Assembly: GCA_977017645.1 (NCBI GenBank)
Contig: OZ360232.1
Span: 78,058,001-78,122,000, forward strand
Direction of reading: 5' to 3'
Length of the DNA stretch: 64,000 nucleotides
From: Torpedo marmorata
Lineage: Eukaryota
Shown here: positions 1-13,100 of the stretch, in pieces
Numbering within the stretch: the stretch's first letter is position 1
How the letters are laid out: every line of letters starts with the position of its first letter
The notes under the pieces: model-generated
The model's input: only the letters and a program-made list of their open reading frames with translations
What the model was told of the DNA's origin: nothing
Database searches by the model: none
Made by a program: the position numbers and the translations under genes

Positions 1-333
1 AAATTCCTTATAAAATTCTGATGGGAAACCATCCTCCCCCGGTGATTTTCCACTAGTTAAAGAACTAAGAACCTCATTAACTTCTCTCATCGTAAATGGT
101 GAATCTAAAAATTCTTTACTATAAATATTTAACCTCGGCATCTTAATTTTGGATAACAATTCATTAATTTTAGAATCATCTTTATCAGTTTGAGATTTAT
201 ATAAATTTAAATAAAAATCCTTGAAAGAATCATTTATTTCTCGCGGTTTATAAGTTATTTTCTTAGAATTCCTTTTTATAGCCATTATAGTTCTAGAGGT
301 TTGTTCTTTCTTTAATTGCCAGGCTAAGACTTT
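1..333 (-). mobile_element. L1-clade LINE ORF2 fragment (linker region before RT), runs off window edge
   Basis: Minus strand reads KVLAWQLKKEQTSRTIMAIK...EINDSFKDFYLNLY...LDSPFTMREV...GKSPGEDGFPSEFYKEF, typical of L1 ORF2. Confidence 0.85.
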
Positions 334-1354
334 AATTTAGTTCTATTTTTATGGTTGTAATAGAATCTAAACTTTCATTCAGGAGTTGTTATTGGAGTTG
401 TACTTGATATAAAACCCAAAACTAATCATGAAAAATAAAAAATTAAGAGAGGAAGGTAAACGAGCTAATAAATCCATCTTAGTCTTAAATTTGGTGTTTT
501 AACTTTAGATTTACACAAATTCTCACTTTCTCTCACAATAATTCTGAATGAATCCCACTTTTAGTAACTTTATTCTACAGGTCTATCAACCTTTTTAGCA
601 CTTATTTTATTTCAGGATTTTTCTGATTATTCCATGTTCTTTATTTCCCATCCTCAAACTTTCTCAGCTGCTGCAATGATATGGCCATCTTCTAACCAGG
701 GGATGATCATTATATTATTCTTTGGTTTGTGAGTCTGTATTTTTGGCTTCGGATTTGGATTTTGTTTTGCATTCAGCATATGCTTTTTGCATTGATAATT
801 ACTTTTGTTTTTTTGCACAATAAAAGAAATAGGCAAAGAAGTCAGTTGTTTCACAGAGTTGAGAACAAGCTAAAGGGGTGATATAATTAGGTGGTGTTGG
901 TTTTCAAAAGTAGTAACAATTCTCGTAATACCTGGTGCATAACTGCAGATTCAAGCACACATTTCTTGAATCTGTATTCATGCTGAACTTTTCCTAATTC
1001 TGCCAAATATGCTATTTGTTAGACAGGTATCAATTTAAGCAAGCTCATCATCAATAGTGGTTATTGCTGCACTTCATATTGGCTCAGTGTATAGATCACA
1101 GGATGTGGCATGATGATCATATAATCATAGAAAATTTATAAGGAGAAGGAGACCATGAGTCTCATTATGTCCATTGGTTGAAAATGAGCTGCTCAATCTA
1201 ATTCCACCTTACAGTAATAGATCTACAGCCCTGCAGCTCACAACCATTTGAGGACATATCTTTGTATATTTTAAATTTGATGAGGTTGTTTGTCCCTATC
1301 ATGCTTTCTGCGTGAAAAGAGTTTCCTTGTCTTCAAAGTTAAAAAAAATTTCAA

Positions 1355-1909
1355 AGTTCAGATTTATTGTCAGAGTATTTACACGACATCATATACAGCC
1401 CTGAGATTCTGTCTGGGTCAGGCAGAATTTCTACTTATCGGTAGTGCAAAAAAATGTACTCAAGAAAAAATATGTATACAAAAGAGAGAAATGTGAACAA
1501 AGAAATAAATGTTAACAAACTGACTGTGCAATACAGAAAATAAATATTCAATAATAAATAATGTGCAAAGTAAGAGTCCTTTAATGAGTCTCTGATTGAG
1601 TTTGTTGTTTGGGAATCTGATGGTGAAGGGGTAGCAACTGTTCCTGAACCTGGTGGTAAGAATCCTGTGGCACCTATACCTGTTTCCTGATGGTGGCAGC
1701 GAGAACAGAGCATGTCCTGGGTGGTGTGGATCCTTGATGATTGCTGTTGCTCTCTAATGGCAACGGTCCATGTAGATTTTCTCAATGGTGGGGAGAGTTT
1801 TGCCTCTGATGTACTAGGCTGCATTCACTACCTTTTGCAGGGCTTTCCACTCAGAGGTATTGGTGCCCCCATACCAGGCTGTGATGCAGTCGGTCAGCAC
1901 ACTTTCCAC
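1355..1909 (-). mobile_element. Rex1/Babar-type LINE 3' fragment
   Basis: Near-copy of 52601-53425; minus strand ends TGACAATAAATCTGAAC; decayed ORF end (IKDPHHP motif). Confidence 0.8.
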
Positions 1910-2989
1910 TACCCCATAAACCTCTCCTCTTTAAATCTATGTCCCAAGTTTTTGTTTCCCATCAATATGACATTCCGATTTGCTCTGAATTTACAATTTA
2001 CCCCCTTTAACTTAACATTCATGGCAAGCCATGTATTTGTTGCGCTGCTCTCAATGACCTAGAAAAAGTGATAGTGAGTTGTTTCCTTGAATGGCTGTAG
2101 TTTGTACAGAGGAGATATATCCATTCATGCTCCCATCTTAAATAAAGAGTTAGTGAGGAAATAGCATCTCTTTGCAGATCTGTTTCGTGTGCCTCATGGA
2201 GGTGGTTGTATTTCCAGGTACCTGCAGGCAATGTTTAACCAAGAGGAAAACAATTGCGAGTGCGTGAGATGATTCTGAAGATGATTTCCTCTGGCACAGA
2301 TGGGACACACTATAGGGATTTTATGCAAGTGATGGGCGGATTGAATATCTAAGGAGATGAATCTCATTATTTTTATGCAATCAGGTGTGATGTTGAAGCT
2401 ATGGTCATCCAGGCTAACAGATAATATTCAGTAACTAGTACCTCATAATTGTTGGAAAGACTTTGGGGAAATCAGAAGATGAGTTAACCATTGCGTAATA
2501 CCCAGAATCTGACCTATTCTTCACCTTAGTTTTGCTGCTGCTGGTCATTTACATTTCCAGCTAACACTGAACCATGGATGCCACTTAAGTTCTCCACCTC
2601 ATGATGTAACTTTGTTCAATTTACTTTTGTATTCTGTTACAAAAGCTCTGTGTGCAGGCCTTTTTGATAGAATAAAATTAGAATAATTATGAATAAAGTT
2701 TATTTTTTTTACAAAAAAACAATGCTAAGCAACAGTGCAGTGATCATTCGTATACACTTTGAAAGTTTCTACCCAGGATGGTTGTGAAGGCTTAAACACT
2801 GAGTTACATCAGGAGTTCAGGAATTAGGGAGGAGATGGGCAAAGTGTAGTCAGGATGCATCTGTGTGTTTCTGAGTATGTGTGAGCATGTATGTATTAAT
2901 CCATACAGCATAGTCTGGTCTCTGATTGTCTAAGATCTCCTTGCCATTGAACCAGACTTCACTTTGGATTAGTTATTCAGTCCTGATAT

Positions 2990-3090
2990 CCTGATGCAGA
3001 GTCTCGACGCAAAACATTGACCACCCCTTTGCCTCCATAAATGCTAAGTGACCTGCTGAGTTCCTCCAGCATTTTATTTTTTGCCCTAGA
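2990..3090 (+). mobile_element. Penelope-like terminal repeat remnant
   Basis: CCTGATGCAGAGTCTCGACGCAAAAC...GACCTGCTGAGTTCCTCCAGC motif; related copies at ~10.0, 33.8, 38.6, 46.9 and 53.6 kb. Confidence 0.6.
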
Positions 3091-5667
3091 TTTGCAACCC
3101 ATGCTAAATTATGGCCGAGTAGTAGTATTCAATATCCTTTTTGGTAGTGGAGTTGTGTCAAATGACTCTGCTCTGAACTGACAGTTAAGTCCAAATAGTT
3201 CCTGTCTAAGTTGACAGTAAAGCTGCATTGTTTATTTTCATACATGGCCATGCACCTCAAATACAAGATACCACCGAGGAGTCAGCGTGAACCTCTTTAC
3301 ATCTCTTGATGACTGCTTGAACTTGGGCCATCTTATTTAAGATTTATGTGCATGTAATGAGTACTATGATTGGCCAGGTTTACAATGTCTGTGGACTACA
3401 AAGGGCCCTTTCGCACTTATACATTGCATTGCACAATCTGCTGCATCAAAATCAAGTACTGTGACAATATTTTCCAAAGAATTTAATTCGACATTGCTGC
3501 ACAATCAAGTCATGTGTCTAGATTAATTAGCCAGTTTATTATCAGTGCAAAATTGTTTTGCATTGACTTTAAATACACAGTATACCTGCCCTGGACGAGG
3601 TTGATTTTATGATGAGGCATTGTTGAGTGTGATGATCTGTATATTCCTGATATATCATCTTTATATTATATTATGAATGGCATTAAATATAAATAGTGAA
3701 TGAAGCTGTATCAAATCAGAAATGAAATCATCGCAATTGTGTTATGCCTCATTAGATCAATGTCTGTTTTAGACACTTGTACTAAACTAGAATTTGGGTA
3801 ACATAGTTAATACAATAGGGAAATGGTTCTATTTTTCATTAAATGTGTTTAAGCATGGAGCAAGGGACAAAATCTAATTCAGTGATTTTGCATAACATTT
3901 ATTCAGCCACAGAAGTTGTTTTCTGCATATCAATTCTATTTAAATGGCAACAGATGTATATGAGATTTGCTTTAAATACAGTGCAGAAATTGTAGTTGGA
4001 AGACGGAGTGATTTTCAAATGTTTCCAGTAAAGTGGTGAATTCCAGCAGGATAATGTCTGAATTGTATGTTATGGTGTGTAAAATACTCTAATTTGTTTT
4101 AAGATGACAGTTTGAAAGTTAATACTTACAACAGAAGATTACTGTCCATTCAATCCATCACTGGACCAATGTAAGAGCAGTCCAGCTAATCCCACTTCCT
4201 TCCCCTCTTCCCATACCCCAGTAAATGCTTTCAGATATGATATAATGTTGCAATTAAACCTTCTCTCATTCCTACTCCTGGCAGATCATTTCAGACAAAA
4301 AATCCTCATGTTAGTTTTGTTCTTTTTATTGAACCATAGAGTTGTACAGCATCAAAACTGGCCCTTCATTCCACTATGTCTATGCTGCCCAATATCTATA
4401 ATATCCCATCACCTAGTAATCAGGTCATGGCCTTCAATGACATTCTAATCAATTTCATTCTATATCCCTTGATTCTTTATCTCTCGAACAAAAGGCATAA
4501 TCTTTGTCTAAATCCTGAATAATATTAAATATCTCTTTCAGATCCTCTGCGACTTCCTCCATACCAAGCACAACCCCAGCTTCTCCAATCTATCCACCTT
4601 TCTAACGCTTCTCAACTCTGGAATCATTCAGTAAATCCCTGCTGTGATGTCTCCAAGGCCTTTGCTTCTTTCCTAAAGTATTGAATTCAGAGCTGGTTCA
4701 CTCCAGCTGTACCAAACCAAAGTTCAAGAAAGGTTCATCGTACTTATTCATGCTGCAACTCATTTCGTTAATAATTTCCATTTTTATTTGTAACATATTT
4801 TTATGTTTTGTTTTCTTATAACCCCGTGTGTTCTCACCGGCTGACATTGATGTTACCACATTGCAATCAGAATCTCTTCTACAGCGCTTTGGGGATTATG
4901 GACAAGAATTCATTTTCATGATTCTTTTTTTCTGAATGTTTTCACACATATACTTTTATTCAATAATGTTTTGGTCTACAGCCGCCTTGTTTTATTTTTC
5001 TGAAAGATGAATGATTCTTCGTCAGATTGTCCACTTAATTATCGTTCCGGGTGACTCTGCAATGAAGCTGAATAACTGACGCTCTTACAGTTCGTGCGGT
5101 ATCCCTCCCACAGAAAAGTCCGTGAGCGTTTCGGCAGAGCAGTTATGATGCTCGTCCTGGGACAGGTACGTTTTTTTGTGATGCGACGATGTGTTGACTA
5201 CAAGTGCAGATAAAATCATCGAGTTTTCGTAAACCGCATAACTGTTTCAATGAAGCAATTTTACACTGAATTTCAAGTCCTGTTCTGTTCCATCCGAGAG
5301 TCATAATTTATTACGGATGCAAAACTATTTCGTACTTATTTAGAAATGCATCAACGTGATCAAAATGATAAGTATTTTACTATTTTAATGATATATGCCC
5401 CAATTACCCAGATTCAGTGGCATTAAGACACAACCCGCAATGGTGTCCGCCGCTCATAGGAGGTCGTCACCATTTACTGCGGTGGACTCTCTCGCTACTA
5501 ACTTCGCTCGATTTTTTCCCCAAAGTTTAACTACCCTCTCAAAACTCGCTCGCATTAATTGTTGAGACCTGCAGAGATTCTATTTTCTTTTAAAAAAATT
5601 GACCACGTTGGCTGGATAAAAGGACAGTTGGGGAGAGAGTGCAGATATCTGGCGGCCTTCAGTAAGT

Positions 5668-6075
5668 AATCGATAGTATCGTGAACAGCGAAGAATGTTA
5701 TCTCAGACTACAATACGATCTTGATCAACTGGATAAGTGGGCCGAGGAAGTTTAATTCAGATAAGTGCGAGACATGCAATTTACAAAGTCGAACCAGGGT
5801 AGGACTTACACAGTAGATGGTAGGGCCATGGAGAGTGTTGGAAAGACCTAAGGGTATCAAGAGGTCAGGTACATAGTTTCCTGGAAGTGGTGACACGGGT
5901 AGACAGTGTAGTGTAGAAGGCTTTTAGCACACTTGCCTTCATCAGTCAGGGCCCTGAGAACAGGAGCTAGGATGTCATGTGACAGCTGCTGGTAAGGCCA
6001 TATTTGGAGCGTTGTGTGGTGTGGAGTAATGGTCGCCTGCAATAGGATGGGTGTCAGTAACCTGAAAAAGATGCA
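5668..6075 (+). mobile_element. CR1 LINE RT C-terminal fragment, decayed
   Basis: Resembles CR1 RT end (LQYDLDQL..WA, KCE.MQF) with stops and frameshifts; similar to 62700-63150. Confidence 0.7.
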
Positions 6076-7299
6076 AACATGTTTGAAAATCCGCCCTGAC
6101 TATCGCACTTTCTCAACATTTAAGTTCTGAAAAGGTTTGCGAGTTGTTAGGTGATTGGGCCCAGTAAATTGCCCCTAGTGTAGGCGAGTGACGGGCATGC
6201 AGGAAGACTATTTGCAGGGAAAATTGGTGGTGGGGTGGAGTTGGTCTTTGTCTTAGCATGGGCTCGATGGGATAAAATTGTTTCCTTTCTGCGGTAAAGA
6301 CGTATGGACACTTGTGGGAGATGTCTCTGTGCTCGAATTCATCCCAAACGGAAAAGCTCAATTTGAACAAGCAAAGAGAAACCGAAGGAACTCGGCAGGA
6401 CAGACAATATCCATGGTCAGTCAACTTTTCGGGACCCTTTGTGGAGATTCATCTTCTATCCTTCTTTCAGCCGAGTTCCTCCCGCTGCTCTTTGCTTGCT
6501 CAAGATTCCAGTATTGTCAGTTTTTGTGTTTCTGTAAACGCAAATTCGGATTCTAAGTTTCATCCTCAGAACCACCGCAGAAGCATTCATTTCTGCCTTT
6601 CTCTGAAGTGAGTTTATAAATGCGGAGCCAAGTCGTGTTCTAATGTGATGGTGGAGAAAGTCTCATGATGCTGAGTGGAATGAGACCGCAACAATTGTCA
6701 AGAGGAGTTCTTACCAACCTTAAGGTGTGCCTGTCAGTTACAAACATGTTGCTATTGCTAATGTGGTCATTCCTATCGTCGAATCCAAGCAAGGAAAAGC
6801 TGAAGGGTCTCACCAGGTCAGGCAGCGTCCATGAAGAGAAATGGACAGTTAACGTTTCAGGTGGGGCTTTTCGAGACGATGGGAAAGAGGGAGGGATAGC
6901 AAACATACAGAAAGGAGGGCGGGAAACTCGTATTGCCTGGCCCTAGACAACCCCATATTAACTGCCGGGAGTGTCTGGAATTTACCCTGGTCACGAATGA
7001 ATCCAATAAGATCTTCACCACCAGCCTCTATTCTCGGAGAATGTGGAAACTCCTACCACAAGAGTGAACAGCAAAGGTGGGCGTGAATGTGAGATGACTG
7101 TTCACATGGAAGGTGAAGAGGGGCGCGGCGGCACCAGTTGCAGCCTGTGCAACCCCGCCTCTCTGCTGCAATTCTGCCTTAGAAGGTTGCGCCAAAAGCC
7201 TCTCTCTGTTAAAACGCATAATTATTGTTGTTCATTCAGATGTTAAAGGTGTCTCGAGGAAAAGCTGACTTAACGGGCAGATAGCGGACATCTGAAAGG

Positions 7300-7520
7300 A
7301 AATCAGAAGATGCTGGAAACACTCACAGTCAGTGTTAATGGGAGGAGTAACAGACGCAAAGTATCAAATGGAAGACCTGACCAATGATTTTCGATTTACA
7401 CGTTAACTCTGTTTCTCTTTCCACGGGTGAAGTGAATTCAAACGGAAACGTCAACTGCTTCTCTTTCGACAGCCGCTGCTTGACCTGGCGGGTGTTTCCA
7501 ACGTTTTCTGTTTTTGCTGC
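7300..7520. mobile_element. Inverted pair of Penelope-like terminal repeats
   Basis: AAATCAGAAGATGCTGGAAACACTC and its approximate reverse complement GGGTGTTTCCAACGTTTTCTGTTTT bound the segment. Confidence 0.55.
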
Positions 7521-9178
7521 ATTTAGCTGTTGGTCCCAGACTGATGGCTGCAATCTAAATGTGGCCCGTCTCCTGCAACGTCTGCACATTTCTTAATATT
7601 CCCTGCGGTCCCTGCTGCATTTGTTTCCATGTGCATCCCGCCCCTCGTCCTTGCTGATCCCACACCTTGCATTCCTCCGCCCATCCCCACAGCAGCTGAA
7701 TTGGTTCTGCAAAATAAACCAATGAAACAATGAACTCTAAAGCAGACATTTCATCTCCGAAGTAATTTATCTCAATAATACCATCAATTAGATTAATTTC
7801 AAAAGCACGAAAGTGAAGTAGTCTTACATATCAAATCAAAGAAATGTTTTTAATAATGTTACGTTGCCTCGGAACGTTCGAGGGTGGACATGGGGTGTGG
7901 TATTCAGAGGTTATTCCTTGAGCAGTATTTCATTGGTGAAAATCCGCTATAAAGTGAATGTATTGGTGAATATTTAAATATGTAATTTACATAAAGCAAA
8001 AGCGAAAGGAAATCGTCTCTACGCTCGGAGAAAGGAAATCAGATATCAAAAATCGCCGAATGAAACCGTGAATTCTTAATTCTGTAAAAAGTAGAAATAT
8101 GGCAAAACCGTTAACATAATGCCAAGTAACAGTGACAACTTTATCACTTGTTGGATTTAGAATACTATGGCTCCATTAGTGTCGGGAAGCGTCGGCTTTA
8201 AAAGAAAGAGGAATATTCCTGGCGAATTTGTGGAGGAGAAGATCAGTCAGCATGAAGGAGGAATTCTTATTGTAGTGCGATTTTACAAGTAGGGGTGAGG
8301 TAAGCGATGTTGGCTAAATCCATTTAAGGACAATTAGTACCAAAGCAATATATAAAACACTTGATTGTACCAGTGTTTGGAACAGTGTTGGCCTATACTT
8401 GTACTTACAATTCGATCAATCTTTGGAGATTCCAGGCAACAAAAAAAAAGTAATTTTCTTACTGTTAATTTAATGTAATGTCATTGAAAGTGAAAGCAAT
8501 AAGACAGAAAATGGCAACATTAGTGCACGATTTTAAAGTATTCTTTTCTACCTGACATACAGCTAATTGACTGTGAATTCGAGATGGCGAATGCTGTACA
8601 AAGTGGTTTCATCAATAATATTTTAAAATCTTTAAACCTAAATGAACCAATCACTCTTTACCATATTTACATTGGACTACGGAAGACAATCTCAAATACA
8701 AAAACTATTTTTCAAATATGAAATCCAGAGGTTGTATGAAAAACCCTATAGGTTATAACGGGTTTGCCCGATTTTGGGTTTTCTACATCTGTGTACTCTT
8801 AGCAACAACCCTCGATGTTGCGATCACCCATGTCTTATGCTGCATTTGGTTCAGACTGAGACAATATGCAATAAATGCACTTCATACAATAACATTTTAG
8901 AGATTAAATAAGAGCACAAATTCATTCAGTGAAATGGAATACTGCAAAATAAAAGCTTCGGAAAAGGATAAAAATTAAAGCGTCCCTTCTTCCTTTTTCC
9001 GAAGTACCAAGAGGTTACATGCTATTTTCACAGGGTTTGACCCTTTTGGTAAGTTATCCATTCACCAATTTCGACATGGAAAACGGCTGTCCTTCTCGAC
9101 GTTCGGTCGAAGAATGTATGACCAGTGCAACCAGCCACGGGAGCACGAAATCCGTGCTATGCCAAGCCAGTTTTGGCA

Positions 9179-9789
9179 CTACCAGGCTCTGATCCCATGC
9201 AATGTAGAAACTCCAGTATTCTGATGGATTTGAGTCTGCATTGCATTGCTCAAGTCATTGACTGTGAAATTCATATTCATAAAGCTTCCTGCTGCTGTCG
9301 AGGGGGGCACGGCTTGTACACTGGGATAGTTACAGCTGTAGTTGGCAGGAGTGGCTGCACCAGTGTAGTTGGTATAGTTTGCATAAGTGCCATAAGCGTA
9401 AGGACTGATATTCATGTTGTACGGCGTGTTATAAGGCGAAGACTCTCCCAGGCACGGCTTTCCATCTCTGACCAGCACTGGCACGGCGATTCTCCTCGGA
9501 GGCGGGAGGCCCACCATTTCCAGGGATTTGTCTTGGCGTTGCCTTTTACATTTGTATCTGCGATTTTGGAACCAGATTTTCACCTGGGTGGACGTGAGCT
9601 TCAGTATGTTTGCCAAATGGTCCCTCTCGGGTGCAGAGAGATATTTCTGCTGTTTGAACCGCCTTTCCAGTTCGTAGACTTGCGCCTGAGAGAATAGGAC
9701 GCGTGGTTTTCTTCTCCGTCGCCTGGGCCGCTCGGCTTCGTCTGATTTCTGCTCCTCTTTCTCTAAGTTAACTTCCAGCATCCGACATT
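9179..9789 (-). CDS. nkx2-5: NK2 homeobox 5, coding exon 2 (homeodomain, NK2-specific domain, Tyr-rich region, GIRAW end)
   Basis: [59 protein letters not shown] (Tyr54 of NK2 class), [22 protein letters not shown], terminal GIRAW then TAG; acceptor ttcccatgtAG at 9791-9790; phase matches exon 1. Confidence 0.95.
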
Positions 9790-9987
9790 CTACATGGGAA
9801 AGCAGGGCCGTTAGTAATAAACCGCCAATACGTTTCACTCGCTCACACTCTTTAATTCAGAAACCACCTCTCTCAAGAACTTACCAACTTCGAGCAATAT
9901 AGACCAAGCTGTCGGTACAACTCCTGATGCTTATCGGGAGTGTGCAAAAGGCACATTGCCCGGAGTCCCAACTACAGCATTTCATAA

Positions 9988-10100
9988 ATCTCGATAAAGG
10001 GTCCCGACCCGAAACGTTGCCTATTTATACCCATGGATGCTGCGGAGTCCCGCCAGCCTCTCTGTTTGTTCACGATTCCAGCATCTACAATTTTTGTGTT
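9988..10100 (+). mobile_element. Penelope-like terminal repeat remnant in the nkx2-5 intron
   Basis: GATAAAGGGTCCCGACCCGAAACGTTG...CATGGATGCTGC...TTCCAGCATCT, same family as other remnants in the window. Confidence 0.6.
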
Positions 10101-11516
10101 CCTTTAGTAAATGTCTATGTTCTGCACCAGTGGAAGGCCAGAAGAGCCCAGGAATTAGAAATAGACAGCATATCACTCGAGTCTTAAGATCTCCAGCACA
10201 GGTTGTACTGAATTTGCCTCGCTTTGTTTCCTATGAGTTATTTTACTGAAACATGAAAAGATGTAAACACTGCTAATATCGAAATACATCCAGAACCCCT
10301 CCATCAAATGGTTCGTTAATGAGAATAGATCAGAGAACTGCGCTTGTCAAGGTCAACACCAGCGCGTTGAAAAATGGCAGGAAATGGGAGATTTCCGCCT
10401 TCTGATTTTTCCTGGTTTGCTACAAATACTGGTCCAGTGCCCATTATTACCGTGTTTTATAAAGACAGACGTCATTCGCGGATTGTGCGTTTTGGGGTGG
10501 GGTAAAGGGAGAATAACTCTTGTAATTCAGTTTTGTAAAACGTACTATTTCACACAGTATTGTTCCAAATGCAGTGTTTGGGGAAGTGTGTAAAATATTA
10601 ATTGGCCGCCTGAAAATAAAATATGCATTGAAATCTTCCTTTTTAAAGTAGAATTGATTTACCGTCAGTCAAATTAAACGCTTATTAGTATTTGGATATG
10701 CTACTAAAGAATATCCAATACAAGTCATCGTATTAATGTTCAGTTTGTTAAAACTGCAAATGGGGGTGAAACTCGTTTCATAAAACAATTGCAATATAGA
10801 ATTGGAAATCCAAATATTTAGGTCGCAAAAAAGTGATGTTCAGTTCTAGATTTTTTTTTAAATGGTCGGAAGTCGACTAAGGTCATAGAAAATAAAAAAA
10901 ACCCAAATGAAATAAATAGAATTAACACAAGCTTTCCCGGAGTTATTGGCAAATCAGAGAACGGGCAGAGGACCACTAAACGCTTAAAACAAATCTTGTC
11001 TACGAATGTGTCTTGCACAAGTTTTCAAAACTAAAAGTAACGTTAACACGAACGCAATAAAAAAGCCTGTAAAAATCAAAACTCACAAATGCATAAACAC
11101 TCTTTTTCATATTTCAGATCAGCTAAAAATAACTAATTATTTTGAATGGTTGTGTAATTTATAGCCCATAACAAACCATGGTTACCGTGAATAATGATGT
11201 AGTTTGATGACTAATATGTCTCCAAATATTACATAAACACAGAGCGTTAGTGGAAACCAATTTAAATCCCTAGTCCTCCAATAGTAAGTGTATAGTCTTT
11301 TAAAAAAACATTATAGGTATTTCTATGTTGTAAAAAAGTGTTATTGTTTTATTTTCCTGCTGTGTAGAGAGTTATTGTAAAAAATGTTTATTTTCAACCA
11401 TGACTTCCTTTTATTCAGTCAAGTTTATTTGTGAGATTCGGGCGATCTAAAACATGACTTCAGGTACATTATGCAAACAGGATTGTAAATGGAATAAATT
11501 ATGTTTCCTTTCTTAC

Positions 11517-11835
11517 CCTTATCGTTTTTTTCTGTCGGTCCGCTGCTTGACTTCGCTTCACTGTTGCTGATTTCCAAATAATTATTTACATATGAAGTGC
11601 TTGAATAGTTGGGATTGTTTTTGCAAGAATTCATTTTAGGCAGTGGCTCGTCGTAGGCGGATAGGGACGGGGTTTCACTGTAGTGTTGTTTGGTCCGCTC
11701 TAACATGCACGAAGCAGGGGAGGGAGGCGAGTCCAGTCCTGCAGAGACTCCCAGTGAGGCCATGTCAGGATGGTGCTGAAGATTTAAAATATCCCTCACT
11801 GAGAAAGGAGTCGAAGTCGCTGCACCGGCAAACAT
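11517..11835 (-). CDS. nkx2-5: NK2 homeobox 5, coding exon 1 (TN/eh1 domain)
   Basis: MFAGAATSTPFSVRDILNL tinman domain and SCML motif; donor G|GTAAGA at 11516 gives a phase-1 intron; spliced CDS is 930 nt = 309 aa + stop. Confidence 0.93.
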
Positions 11836-12049
11836 GTTGAGAACCAACTATTGCATCCAAAGAGATCTCAAAATGCGATACCTTGGGAAGGTTACAGTAA
11901 GATATATATTTGGTCATCGGAATAAACAAAAACACAATTAATAATAACCGTTCTATTTAGTTATTCTCCGGTGCGCCGTTCATCTGTGTTGCAGTTTGAC
12001 TAAAATATCTGTTTGAGGGATGTGCATTCTGACATCAGTTCAGTGTAGG

Positions 12050-12165
12050 CTGCAGGGGCGGGGCGGTATCAGATCTCTGAACCCAATCTGTTTCATAAAC
12101 GTCTATTGGTCCACCGTTCTGTTCGCTGACGGTTAGGCACTCTGCCGATATACCATATATGGCCT
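12050..12165 (-). promoter_or_regulatory. nkx2-5 proximal promoter
   Basis: GC box GGGGCGGGGCGG (~12055-12066), CCAAT (~12083) and ATTGG (~12105), perfect CArG box CCATATATGG at 12153-12162, all 220-330 bp upstream of the ATG. Confidence 0.7.
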
Positions 12166-12934
12166 AAGATGAACGCTATTTTCATACCGGCAGATCCTCT
12201 AAAATACTTAGAAAATGAAATCGCTTTTAACTTCATAACATTTGTTGAAAATACGAATAAACAACTAATTTATAGAAGAAAATATTTTTGTTTACAATAA
12301 GTCGCGATGTAAATTCTCATAAAACTATTATATTAACCTGATAATCACTAAACATATTGAGTTTGTTAAGGTCTTCCCAAAAGGATCAAACATAAGTGTT
12401 AGGCGTTGGGGGAGGGGTGCTAATGAGTGAGTGCGAATCTATGTATCTCTATATTGTGAAGGTAATTTTGTGTCTGAGCGTATGAATGTGTACGTGTGTG
12501 TGGGCGTGCGTTTGCCTGTGTTTGTGCTCTCGCACCTTAATCTTATTGTAAACAATATGGTATTATATACACTATTGTGATATAAGCAATATACGGCGTT
12601 GTTTAGAGTTTGTGCTTCCCCTTAACTTGATCTTCATTGACTAGCTAAATTATAGGAAACGAATGCTTGCACTTTTCATACTGAAATAATCAAAGTTGTA
12701 AATTAAAATATTATTCCAACTCATTTGCAACGGGAGAGAGGACTTCAGATATGCACATTCTTTCTCATACCGGTCCCTCAATTTAAAAAAAACAACAACT
12801 TTTATTAGATGGAGAGTAGCAAAGGTATCTTCATAATTGCACACGTGTGAAAGGTCCAAAAGTTTACTTAAAGTGTGAGAAGGAATGCACTTCAGGAGAG
12901 ACTACACGCTGGGAGTTGGAAATTGTGTCCCTGC

Positions 12935-13100
12935 AATCACTTCAGACACGTTGATCATAGATAAAGAGTTTGGATAAGTGACGATTCTGCAAATGTAAAG
13001 AGGAAACAGTGGACGGCCTGTTAACAGACAAAAAACAAACACAGGCCTACGGTGTTGGAGAGAACACAATTGTCATTTTGATTTTGCCAGAATGTGTTTA
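12935..13100. promoter_or_regulatory. Candidate cardiac enhancer (paired GATA plus Smad sites)
   Basis: CAGAC 12943, AGATAA 12959, GGATAA 12972 overlapping TAAGTG, CAGACA 13025. Confidence 0.5.

Noticed and set aside
2040-5650. Possible exons or 3'UTR of a neighbouring gene (e.g. bnip1)
   Set aside because: No ORF or motif I can recognise supports it
9125-9697. 190-aa plus-strand ORF
   Set aside because: Antisense shadow of nkx2-5 exon 2
9790-9838. N-terminal extension MKRIGGLLL.. of the 219-aa ORF (signal-peptide-like)
   Set aside because: Intronic sequence upstream of the AG acceptor
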